Shown here: one piece after another, positions 50,187 to 58,942 of the stretch
Layout: every line of letters starts with the position of its first letter
Position numbering within the stretch: position 1 is the first letter of the stretch
Sequence record: DRR723986_5691
Length of the DNA stretch: 64,000 nt
Reading direction: 5' to 3' (one strand)
Program-made: the position numbers and the translations under genes
Notes under the pieces: model-generated
Databases searched by the model: none
What the model was told of the DNA's origin: nothing
What the model saw: the letters and a program-made list of their open reading frames with translations, nothing else

Positions 50187-51311
50187 ATGTATGTAGCCGT
50201 AAAGGGTGGTGAAAAGGCCATCCGCAACGCTCACAAGCTCATGGCCAAGCGCCGCCGGGGCGACACCTCCGTCCCCTCGCTGACGCTGGAGCAGATCGCC
50301 CAGCAGCTGTCCCATGCCGTTGCCCGTGTCATGGGCGAAGGTTCGCTCTACGACGAGATGCTGGCCGCGCTTGCCATCAAGCAGGCGCGCGGAGACCTGA
50401 TCGAAGCCGCGTTTCTGATGCGTGCCTACCGCACGACCCTGCCACGGTTCGGCTACAGCCAGCCGATTGACACCGCGAAGATGCTGGTGGAACGGCGCGT
50501 TTCAGCCACCTACAAGGACCTGCCAGGCGGCCAGGTGCTGGGCCCGACCTTCGACTACAGCCACCGCCTTCTGGATTTCGCGCTGGCCGCCGAAGAGGAC
50601 GGTCTCGAAAAGCCTGTCGAAACAGCTACCGCTGAAGAAGGCAGCATGCCGCGCGTCACCGACCTGCTTGGCGACGAAGGCCTGATGGAGCCGGACCCGG
50701 TAACTGACGAGGACACGCCCGTCGGCGACCTGACCCGCGAGCCCCTGTCCTTCCCGGCCGATCGGGACCTGCGCCTGCAGAACCTTGCCCGTGGCGACGA
50801 AGGCTTTCTGCTGGCATTGGCCTATTCCACCCAGCGCGGCTACGGCCGCACACACCCCTTCGCCGGCGAAATCCGCTACGGCGAGGTCGAAGTCGAATTC
50901 TTCGCCGAGGAACTCGGCTTTGCCGTGACGCTCGGTGCCATCAAGGTGACCGAGTGCCAGATGGTCAACCAGTTCAAGGGTTCGGCCAAGACCGCCCCAA
51001 CCTTCACCCGGGGTTACGGCCTCGTATTCGGGCAGGTGGAGAGAAAGGCCATGTCCATGGCCATGGTCGACCGTTCCATGCGCTGGCAGGAACTGGGCGA
51101 GGAACAGTCCGCCCCGGCTCAGGATGTCGAATTCGTCCTGTCCCATTCAGACAACATCCAGGCGACCGGTTTCGTCGAACACCTGAAGCTGCCGCATTAC
51201 GTCGATTTCCAGGCCGAACTCGATCTGGTGCGCCGGATGCGCGGCGAATGGTTCGAAAAACGCCGCCAGGAAGAAGAAGAGGGCAGCACCGCCCAGGAGG
51301 CGGCGGAATGA
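50187..51311 (+). CDS. phnI: C-P lyase subunit PhnI
   Basis: MYVAVKGGEKAI, GFVEHLKLPHYVDFQAEL. Confidence 0.96.
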   Translation: MYVAVKGGEKAIRNAHKLMAKRRRGDTSVPSLTLEQIAQQLSHAVARVMGEGSLYDEMLAALAIKQARGDLIEAAFLMRAYRTTLPRFGYSQPIDTAKMLVERRVSATYKDLPGGQVLGPTFDYSHRLLDFALAAEEDGLEKPVETATAEEGSMPRVTDLLGDEGLMEPDPVTDEDTPVGDLTREPLSFPADRDLRLQNLARGDEGFLLALAYSTQRGYGRTHPFAGEIRYGEVEVEFFAEELGFAVTLGAIKVTECQMVNQFKGSAKTAPTFTRGYGLVFGQVERKAMSMAMVDRSMRWQELGEEQSAPAQDVEFVLSHSDNIQATGFVEHLKLPHYVDFQAELDLVRRMRGEWFEKRRQEEEEGSTAQEAAE

Positions 51312-51736
51312 GCAGCGGACTTAGTCATATGACGTTCATCGTCAGTGATCTCGACAGGATGACGAACCTGCTGACGACGGTACTTGGAGCCCGGGAAGTC
51401 TACTCCAGTGAAGAGGCCACCTTTTCCCTCTCCCAGGAAAAGTTCTTTCTGGTCGGTGACGTCTGGATCGCGATCATGCAGGGCGAAGCCCTGAACGAGC
51501 GCACCTACAATCACGTGGCTTTCAAGATCGAAGAGGAAGACTTCGACACGAAGCTGGCAGCCGTCGAGCGCCTTGGCCTGGAAGTCAAACCACCACGCGC
51601 CCGCGTCGAAGGTGAAGGCAGGTCCATCTACTTCTACGACAACGACAATCACCTGTTCGAGTTGCACACCGGAACGCTGGACATGCGCCTCGACCACTAT
51701 CGCCGGATACTCAGGGAACGGAGTGCTGCGCAATGA
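51308..51736 (+). CDS. fosX: FosX-family fosfomycin hydrolase (VOC superfamily)
   Basis: GLSHMTFIVSDL, FSLSQEKFF, TYNHVAFKI, RVEGEGRSIYFYD, FELHTGTL; ATGA overlaps with phnI and phnJ. Confidence 0.9.
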   Translation: MSSGLSHMTFIVSDLDRMTNLLTTVLGAREVYSSEEATFSLSQEKFFLVGDVWIAIMQGEALNERTYNHVAFKIEEEDFDTKLAAVERLGLEVKPPRARVEGEGRSIYFYDNDNHLFELHTGTLDMRLDHYRRILRERSAAQ

Positions 51737-52662
51737 ACGATACGGCTCAGATTTTCGAACAGGGCGAATACAACTTCGCCTATCTGGACGAGCAGACCAA
51801 GCGCATGATCCGCCGGGCAATCCTGAAGGGCATCGCGATACCGGGTTACCAGGTGCCTTTCGCCTCGCGCGAAATGCCGATGCCCTATGGCTGGGGCACC
51901 GGCGGGGTGCAGGTCACGGCGGCAATTCTGGGCAAGGACGATTGCCTGAAGATGATCGACCAGGGCTCCGACGACACCACCAACGCGGTTTCCCTGCGCG
52001 GTTTCTTTGAAAAGACCGCCGGCGTGCGCACCACCTACGAGACATCGGAGGCAAGCGTCATCCAGACCCGCCACCGGATTCCGGAAAAGGCCCTGCGCGA
52101 AGACCAGATCATCGTCTTCCAGGTGCCGATTCCCGAGCCCCTGCGCTTCCTGGAGCCACGCGAAACCGAGACCCGGAAGATGCATGCGCTCGAGGATTAC
52201 GGCCTGATGCATGTGAAGCTTTACGAGGATATCGCCAAGAACGGCCATATCGCCACCACCTACGCCTATCCGGTGAAGGTCAACGACCGCTACGTGATGG
52301 ATCCTTCGCCGACGCCGAAGTTCGACAACCCGAAGATCGACCAGATGGCGGCGCTTCAGCTTTACGGTGCCGGGCGTGAGAAACGCATCTACGCCATCCC
52401 GCCCTACACCAAGGTGAAGAGCCTCGACTTCGAGGACTATCCTTTCGAGGTGCAGAAGTTCGACAAGCCCTGCGGCCTGTGCGGTGCGGAGAATGTCTAT
52501 CTCGACGAGGTGATCCTGGATGACAAGGGCGGGCGCATGTTCGTCTGCTCCGACAGCGACTATTGCGAGGAACGGCGCGCGGACGGTCATCTCGGCCCGA
52601 TGGCGGCGGATCCGGCGGCGCACCAGTTCGGCGCCACCCAGGCAGAGGAGACCGCCCGATGA
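51733..52662 (+). CDS. phnJ: C-P lyase catalytic subunit PhnJ
   Basis: YNFAYLDEQTKRMIRR, YGWGTGG, CGLCG...FVCSDSDYC. Confidence 0.97.
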   Translation: MNDTAQIFEQGEYNFAYLDEQTKRMIRRAILKGIAIPGYQVPFASREMPMPYGWGTGGVQVTAAILGKDDCLKMIDQGSDDTTNAVSLRGFFEKTAGVRTTYETSEASVIQTRHRIPEKALREDQIIVFQVPIPEPLRFLEPRETETRKMHALEDYGLMHVKLYEDIAKNGHIATTYAYPVKVNDRYVMDPSPTPKFDNPKIDQMAALQLYGAGREKRIYAIPPYTKVKSLDFEDYPFEVQKFDKPCGLCGAENVYLDEVILDDKGGRMFVCSDSDYCEERRADGHLGPMAADPAAHQFGATQAEETAR

Positions 52663-53447
52663 ACGCCTTTCCGTCCGCGGACCCGCTGCTGCAGGTTCAT
52701 AACGTCACCCGCTACTATGGCGACCGCATCGGCTGCGCCGATGTCTCCTTCGATCTCTGGCCCGGCGAAGTGCTGGCCATCGTCGGCGAAAGCGGCTCCG
52801 GCAAGACCACATTGCTCAACTGCCTGTCGACACGTCTCGCCCCGACGGCGGGAGCCATCGAATACCGCATGCGTGACGGCACCATGCGCAACCTCTATCA
52901 GCTGACCGAGGCCGAGCGCCGCCTGCTGATGCGCACCGACTGGGGGTTCGTGCACCAGAATGCTGCGGACGGGCTGCGCATGAACGTTTCCGCTGGTGCC
53001 AACGTCGGCGAAAGGCTGATGGCGGTTGGCGAGCGCCACTACGGCAACATCCGCTCCACCGCCGACGACTGGCTGGGACGGGTGGAAATCGACAGCGACC
53101 GGATCGACGACGATCCGCGCTCGTTCTCCGGCGGCATGCGCCAGCGCCTGCAGATCGCCCGCAACCTCGTCACGAGACCACGGCTGGTCTTCATGGACGA
53201 GCCGACAGGCGGTCTGGACGTTTCCGTGCAGGCACGTCTTCTCGACCTCTTGCGCCGTCTGGTGGCCGATCTCGGACTTTCCGTGGTCATCGTCACCCAC
53301 GACCTTGCGGTCGCCCGGCTGCTGTCCCACCGGATCATGGTGATGCGCCACGGCAACGTCATCGAAAGCGGCCTGACGGACCAGGTTCTCGACGATCCGC
53401 GCGAGCCCTATACCCAGCTGCTTGTTTCTTCCATTCTCCAGGTATGA
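52659..53447 (+). CDS. phnK: C-P lyase ATPase PhnK
   Basis: GESGSGKTT, RTDWGFVHQ, FSGGMRQRLQIARNL. Confidence 0.95.
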   Translation: MNAFPSADPLLQVHNVTRYYGDRIGCADVSFDLWPGEVLAIVGESGSGKTTLLNCLSTRLAPTAGAIEYRMRDGTMRNLYQLTEAERRLLMRTDWGFVHQNAADGLRMNVSAGANVGERLMAVGERHYGNIRSTADDWLGRVEIDSDRIDDDPRSFSGGMRQRLQIARNLVTRPRLVFMDEPTGGLDVSVQARLLDLLRRLVADLGLSVVIVTHDLAVARLLSHRIMVMRHGNVIESGLTDQVLDDPREPYTQLLVSSILQV

Positions 53448-54160
53448 GGACCGAAATGCCCGTACGCCTCTATCTCAACAACGTCGGCAAGTCCTTCACC
53501 ATGCACCTGCAGGGCGGAACCGTCATTCCCGTGGTCGAGAAGGTCGAATTCTCGGTGAATTCCGGCGAATGTGTCGTCCTTGGCGGCCCCTCCGGCGCCG
53601 GCAAGAGTTCGATCCTCAAGATGATCTACGGCAACTACCGCTGTGACGAGGGTCAGATCCTGGTGACGGTTGGCGATGAAATCGTCAACATTGCCGGGGC
53701 CGAGCCGCGCAAGGTTCTGCGCCTGCGTGAAGACACGATCGGCTATGTCAGCCAGTTCCTGCGCACCATCCCGCGTGTTTCGGCCGAAGACGTCGTCGCC
53801 GAGCCGCTTATCGCCCAGGGCACCAGCGAGGAAGAAGGCGTCGACAAGGCCCGCTCCCTGCTGTCGCGGCTGAATGTGCCCGAGCGCCTCTGGACCCTGC
53901 CGCCCGCCACGTTCTCCGGCGGCGAGCAGCAGCGCGTGAACATCGCCAGGGGGTTCATTGCCCATTATCCGATCCTGCTGCTGGATGAGCCAACGGCCTC
54001 TCTCGACGCTGCCAACCGGGCCGTGGTCGTGCGTCTGGTGGAAGAAAAGAAAACCCAGGGCGTTGCCATGGTGGGCATTCTTCACGACCAGGACGTCCGG
54101 GAACAGATCGCCGACCGCATCATCGACGTGACCGGTTTCAGCGCGGAGGCAGCCGCCTGA
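53444..54160 (+). CDS. phnL: C-P lyase ATPase PhnL
   Basis: KSFTMHLQGG, YVSQFLRTIPRV, PATFSGGEQQR. Confidence 0.95.
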   Translation: MRTEMPVRLYLNNVGKSFTMHLQGGTVIPVVEKVEFSVNSGECVVLGGPSGAGKSSILKMIYGNYRCDEGQILVTVGDEIVNIAGAEPRKVLRLREDTIGYVSQFLRTIPRVSAEDVVAEPLIAQGTSEEEGVDKARSLLSRLNVPERLWTLPPATFSGGEQQRVNIARGFIAHYPILLLDEPTASLDAANRAVVVRLVEEKKTQGVAMVGILHDQDVREQIADRIIDVTGFSAEAAA

Positions 54161-54197
54161 GCCACGAGATGAGGAAAGGCTTGCAGACGGGCGGAAA

Positions 54198-54215
54198 CTG
54201 TCACAGAAAAGTCAC
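54198..54215 (+). promoter_or_regulatory. Putative PHO box (PhoB site) inside the phn cluster
   Basis: CTGTCAC-AGAA-AAGTCAC, 11-bp period, against consensus CTGTCAT-N4-CTGTCAY. Confidence 0.65.
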
Positions 54216-54306
54216 CGCCCGCCTTTAGGTCACTCCCTCAGAAAGTTGAAGGATGTGGCCCTGCCACATCCCGGCCAAACCACATTTCAAAATCGCGATT
54301 TTCTTC

Positions 54307-55056
54307 ATGCGCTACGCCCTCTATTTCGCCGCCGATGCCGACGACCGCCTGATGCAGCTCGGAAATTCCTGGCTCGGGCGCGATCCCTTTTCCGGCACGG
54401 CCCTTCCGCAACCGGAGCTGCCCGGAATGACATCGACACGCTTCCAGGAGTTGACGACCGACCCCCGGCGCTATGGATTTCACGGGACCTTGAAAGCCCC
54501 GTTTTCGCTTGCAGCCGATCAGACCGAGGCAGCACTGCTGGACGCCTGCGCAGCATTTGCGGCAGAAATCGCCCCTTACGAGATAGAAGCGCTCGGCGTG
54601 AACAGGCTTGGCCGTTTTCTGGCACTGACCCCTGAGGCAGAAGAGCCGGCCCTGCGCGCCTTCGCCGGCCTGTGCGTGCGTCGCTTCGAGCCGTTCCGCG
54701 CACCACTGTCAGAGGCGGATCTTGAGCGCCGCCGCAAGAGCGGACTGTCGGAAAGGCATGACACCTATCTCGTCAGGTGGGGTTATCCCTATATCTTCGA
54801 TGAATTCCGCTTCCACCTGACCCTTTCCAACAAACTGGAAGACGACACCGACATGGAGTGGATGGCAAATGCCGCCCAGGACCACTTTGCGGATGTCATC
54901 GGCAAGAAGCGGCTGTGCCGCCACGTTGCGCTCTACACCGAAGCCGAACGCGGCGCGCCTTTCCAGGTCCATACCGTCTTTCAGCTGACCGGCAGCGTCG
55001 CTCCCGCCGACGCGCTCAGCGAGGCCGAGCGTCTTTCCCAAGAGGAATCTGCATGA
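54307..55056 (+). CDS. DUF1045 phosphonate metabolism protein (2H phosphoesterase-like)
   Basis: MRYALYF, PRRYGFHGTLKAPF, WGYPY, FRFHLTL. Confidence 0.9.
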   Translation: MRYALYFAADADDRLMQLGNSWLGRDPFSGTALPQPELPGMTSTRFQELTTDPRRYGFHGTLKAPFSLAADQTEAALLDACAAFAAEIAPYEIEALGVNRLGRFLALTPEAEEPALRAFAGLCVRRFEPFRAPLSEADLERRRKSGLSERHDTYLVRWGYPYIFDEFRFHLTLSNKLEDDTDMEWMANAAQDHFADVIGKKRLCRHVALYTEAERGAPFQVHTVFQLTGSVAPADALSEAERLSQEESA

Positions 55057-56198
55057 GCAAGCATCCCAAAGTCTTCAAGAATGCCAGTCTGGTTCTCGCA
55101 GGCGAAGTGTTCGACGGTTCCCTGACGGTCGATGATGCCGGTCTGATTTCCGGCATCGGGTCACCGACCGAGGTCGACGGACATGATTGCGAAGGCGACT
55201 ACCTGCTGCCAGGCCTGGTCGAACTGCACACCGACCACCTGGAAACCCACTATGCGCCACGTCCCAAGGTGCGCTGGAGCCCGGTTTCCGCCGTGCAGGC
55301 CCACGACGCCCAGATCGCGTGTTCAGGCATCACCACCGTGTTCGATGCGCTGCGCGTCGGTATGGATGAAGACGCGGACCTTGGTTATTCGGATATGCGC
55401 GCGCTTGCGGATGCCATTGAAACCGGCCAGCGGGAAAACCGTCTGCGTGCCGACCATTTCATCCACCTGCGCTGCGAGGTATCCGCACCCGACGTGCTCA
55501 GCGCCTTCAAGGTGTTCGAGGACGACGACAGCATCCGCCTGATCTCGCTGATGGATCACACCCCCGGTCAGCGCCAGTTCGTGTCGATGGATGCCTACAA
55601 GATCTATTATCAGGGCAAGAAGGGCTTCACCGACGCCCAGATGGACGACTTCATCCGCAAGCGCCAGGCGCGGGCCAGCAGCCTCGCCCCTGAAAACCGC
55701 AAGCACCTGTCGGCCATCGCCCAATCGCGCGGCATTGCCATCGCCAGCCACGACGACGCCACTACCACCCATGTGGAAGAGGCGATTTCACTGCAGACGA
55801 AAATCGCCGAGTTTCCAACCACGCTGGAAGCCGCCAAGGCATCTCACGAAGCCGGTATGGCCGTTTTGATGGGGGCGCCGAACGTCGTGCGCGGCGGATC
55901 ACATTCCGGCAATATCTCGGCGAAGGCGCTTGCCGAAGCGGGCGTTCTGGATGTGCTCTCCTCGGACTATGTGCCGATTTCGCTGCTGCAGGCTGCGTTC
56001 CAGCTGGCAGCAGAGGTCGAGGCGATTGCCCTGCCACAGGCAGTCGCCATGGTCACGGCAACGCCAGCGAAGGCCATTGGCCTGCAAGACCGCGGCACCC
56101 TGGAACCCGGCCTCAGGGCCGATCTCATTCAGGTGAAAATGGTTGGTGACATCCCGATCGTGCGCGGTGTCTGGCGCGAGGGCAAACGGGTTGCCTGA
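55053..56198 (+). CDS. phnM: Alpha-D-ribose 1-methylphosphonate 5-triphosphate diphosphatase
   Basis: PGLVELHTDHLE, SLMDHTPGQRQF, ASHDD, MGAPNVVRGGSHSGN, LSSDY. Confidence 0.95.
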   Translation: MSKHPKVFKNASLVLAGEVFDGSLTVDDAGLISGIGSPTEVDGHDCEGDYLLPGLVELHTDHLETHYAPRPKVRWSPVSAVQAHDAQIACSGITTVFDALRVGMDEDADLGYSDMRALADAIETGQRENRLRADHFIHLRCEVSAPDVLSAFKVFEDDDSIRLISLMDHTPGQRQFVSMDAYKIYYQGKKGFTDAQMDDFIRKRQARASSLAPENRKHLSAIAQSRGIAIASHDDATTTHVEEAISLQTKIAEFPTTLEAAKASHEAGMAVLMGAPNVVRGGSHSGNISAKALAEAGVLDVLSSDYVPISLLQAAFQLAAEVEAIALPQAVAMVTATPAKAIGLQDRGTLEPGLRADLIQVKMVGDIPIVRGVWREGKRVA

Positions 56199-56211
56199 GG
56201 CTGGCTCCGAC

Positions 56212-56769
56212 ATGACAGAAAAACTCGGCCCCGGCCGCATGGTGCTCGTAGTCGGCCCGAGCGGGGCCGGCAAGGACACATTGATGGCCGCGCTCAAGGC
56301 CCGTCTGGCGGGCCGGACGGACGTCAGCTTCGCCCGGCGAGCGATCACCCGGCAGGCCGATGTCGAGGCTGAGGATCACGACACGCTTTCGCGCGCCGAA
56401 TTCGATCAGCTGAGAGCGGCCGGAAAGGTTGCCCTGTGCTGGGAGGCCCACGGGCTCGGCTACGTCATCCCGCAAAGCTACGACCAGGCAATCGAAGCAG
56501 GCGCAACCGTGATTGCCAATGGCTCGCGCAAGGTCTTGAAGCACGCAGAGGACAAGTACCACAACGCCAGCGTTCTGCTGATCACCGCGCCGGTCGAAGT
56601 CCTCGCCGAACGCCTTGCCGCACGTGGCCGCGAAAGCAGACAGGAGATAGAGGAACGGCTGCGCCGTGCCGACCTTGAACCGGAAAACGTCGCCAATCTG
56701 ATCCGCATTGAAAACACCGGCACGGTGGAGGATGCGGTCGACAGGATGGTCGCCGCACTCGGCCTTTGA
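56212..56769 (+). CDS. phnN: Ribose 1,5-bisphosphokinase
   Basis: VVGPSGAGKDTL, WEAHGLGY, ANGSR, RLAARGRES. Confidence 0.93.
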   Translation: MTEKLGPGRMVLVVGPSGAGKDTLMAALKARLAGRTDVSFARRAITRQADVEAEDHDTLSRAEFDQLRAAGKVALCWEAHGLGYVIPQSYDQAIEAGATVIANGSRKVLKHAEDKYHNASVLLITAPVEVLAERLAARGRESRQEIEERLRRADLEPENVANLIRIENTGTVEDAVDRMVAALGL

Positions 56770-56787
56770 CCTCAACCGTGCCCGTCT

Positions 56788-57138
56788 CTAGTCCGCAAAA
56801 GCGCTCTGGACGGCCTGACTGAAAATCAGGGCCCTGGCATCCAGTGCGTCCTGATGATCTCCGTCGAACGCGTGAACCATGGTGCGGAACTGTTTTGCTT
56901 CTTCGCCCAGTTCGGGCTCCCCGACCGCCCGACGGAGATGGATCAGGGCGTGTTCGTGCCTGACCACAAGGTCTGCCAGATGGAGGGCGGAACCGATCAT
57001 GTAGGCCCGATACTGCAGGCGTTTGACATGATCGAGCCTGTGAACATCCGGTTCCTGCAAAAGCTGCCAGAATCCGATGACATTCCTGCAAGCGGTGCGC
57101 ATCAGGCGACCGCATTTCTCTTCGTCTGACCGGGACAT
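56788..57138 (-). CDS. Small hypothetical protein; start uncertain
   Basis: GAGG RBS before ATG 57138; helical 116-aa ORF. Confidence 0.55.
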   Translation of the reverse strand: MSRSDEEKCGRLMRTACRNVIGFWQLLQEPDVHRLDHVKRLQYRAYMIGSALHLADLVVRHEHALIHLRRAVGEPELGEEAKQFRTMVHAFDGDHQDALDARALIFSQAVQSAFAD

Positions 57139-57358
57139 GCTTGCCTCGCAAGATTCGCCTCGACCATTCAAGCGTAGCGCTACACCCGGAAACTGCAATG
57201 AACCAGAAGAGTCATGACGCGTCATTACACGCCCAGATTCATTGATTTCGAAATTATTGTTTTTGGACAAAGATTTGTGCGGTGGATTGCAGCCGGAAAA
57301 AATTCATTTCAAGGCCAGAGAATACAACCATAGGGTAGAACTTTGGTTCACATCCGGG

Positions 57359-57898
57359 TCAACTGGCGCCCGCAGCGATCGCTTGATTGATTTTCAAACC
57401 CGCATTCACGGCGTGATAGATCGGGAAAGGTGTGCGTTGTGACAGGTCGATGTCCCGCCTCAACCACTCCTGCTCTTCCAGAACACCAAGGGACTTCGAC
57501 AGTGCCCGGTCCGTAACTGGCCCGAGGTCCGACTTGATCGCCGAAAACCGGCTTGGCGCCCCGGTTACGGCCAGGATAGGCACCGTCCAGCTGCGTCGCA
57601 GTACCGAAAAGGCATCCTCGTTCGGAACGATCTCCTCGATCCGGCTCGCCATGGTAGCAACAGCCTTGCCTTTGTCCGTCAGCCGAAACTCGGGCCGCAG
57701 GGGATGGCCGTGGCCGGGGTTCCGCTCCAGCAGTCCAAGCTGGAACAGATGTTCAAGGCTTGCTGCAAAAGAGCTGCGACTCGCCCCTGTCGCCGCGATC
57801 AGCGGGGCTTGCCGACCGGAAACACCTGCATGCAACTGAGCCAGAATTTTCAGCGACCAGGCTTTGGATGTGAGGTTGACAAGAAGCTGCATATTCAT
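57359..57898 (-). CDS. Tandem HxlR-type winged-helix regulator
   Basis: Two similar halves (KAWSLKIL..., RSWTVPIL...RFSAIK...VTDRALS). Confidence 0.78.
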   Translation of the reverse strand: MNMQLLVNLTSKAWSLKILAQLHAGVSGRQAPLIAATGASRSSFAASLEHLFQLGLLERNPGHGHPLRPEFRLTDKGKAVATMASRIEEIVPNEDAFSVLRRSWTVPILAVTGAPSRFSAIKSDLGPVTDRALSKSLGVLEEQEWLRRDIDLSQRTPFPIYHAVNAGLKINQAIAAGAS

Positions 57899-57938
57899 AT
57901 TTTATAGCTACTATACTTTTGATACATAGGAAAGTCTC

Positions 57939-58310
57939 ATGTCTGTCGTTTCTCTGGATAATACGATCACTCTCGCCCTCTCCGTTCGCGACAGGCATGC
58001 AAGTGCCGACTGGTACGCGGAAAAGCTCGGATTCGAGTTGCTCTATCATATGGACGACGCTGGCTGGAGCGAGCTGGCAACCCGGACCGAAGGCGTGACC
58101 CTGGGACTGGGCGAACAGTCTGAACCAACGCCCGGAAACACGGTTCCCGTCTTCGGCGTGGCCGATATCGCAGGTGCCCGCAGTGCGCTGGAAGGGGCCG
58201 GTGTCAAATTCGACGGAGCGACGGAGACCATCGAAGGCATGGTCAGCACCGCAACCTTCTACGATCCCGATGGCAACGCGCTCATGCTTGCTCAGGACCT
58301 GTCCAAATAG
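57939..58310 (+). CDS. VOC/glyoxalase family protein
   Basis: WYAEKLGF, FGVADI, ATFYDPDGN. Confidence 0.87.
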   Translation: MSVVSLDNTITLALSVRDRHASADWYAEKLGFELLYHMDDAGWSELATRTEGVTLGLGEQSEPTPGNTVPVFGVADIAGARSALEGAGVKFDGATETIEGMVSTATFYDPDGNALMLAQDLSK

Positions 58311-58573
58311 GCGGTTCACAAGGAACAGCCCCCCGAAGAACATCGGCACATCCGGTCGGGCGTCCGACCGGATACTGTCTGCAGAGGGTTTTCGCAAACA
58401 TCCAAGGCACGAATTTACGATCTGACAGGCAGCACGCGACAGAAATACGTCATACTTCCCAGAGGAAGTTGACGAATGAGGCAAAGGAATAGTCGACACA
58501 AAATCTTTGCATTGCCAGAATAGTCGACTACTCTCTTATTCTTGATCTCATTCTGAAAATCGAGTTCTGCGGC

Positions 58574-58942
58574 ATGCCTGCGACATTGTTTGAAAAGTAC
58601 GGCGGCTTCGGGTCGGTGAGCCGCATCGTAATGACCTTTTACGACAAGGTTCTCGATTCCGAAGAGATCGGTGACTTTTTCGACGACGTCGACATGACCC
58701 GCCTGATCGATCATCAGACCAAGTTTATCTCCTACCTGTTGGGCGGGCCGGTCAGCTACTCGGAAGAGCGGCTGAGGCGAACCCATGCCACCCTTAACCT
58801 GAAAAACGAGGACTTTGACGAAGTTGCACGTCTCCTGCGCGAGACGCTGGTGGAACACAAGTTCGACCCTGCAGACATCAAGTCCGTGATGTCGGCAATC
58901 GAAGCGCGACGTTCCGCAATTCTTTCAACCGGTGCGACATGA
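58574..58942 (+). CDS. Group I truncated haemoglobin
   Basis: LFEKYGG, FY (B9-B10), FF (CD1 region), HQ..F, LGGP..Y, proximal His in LRRTH. Confidence 0.9.
   Translation: MPATLFEKYGGFGSVSRIVMTFYDKVLDSEEIGDFFDDVDMTRLIDHQTKFISYLLGGPVSYSEERLRRTHATLNLKNEDFDEVARLLRETLVEHKFDPADIKSVMSAIEARRSAILSTGAT

Noticed and set aside
50954-51307. N-terminal extension of fosX in the ORF track
   Set aside because: It overlaps phnI out of frame; the real start is ATG 51308 with a GGAGG RBS.
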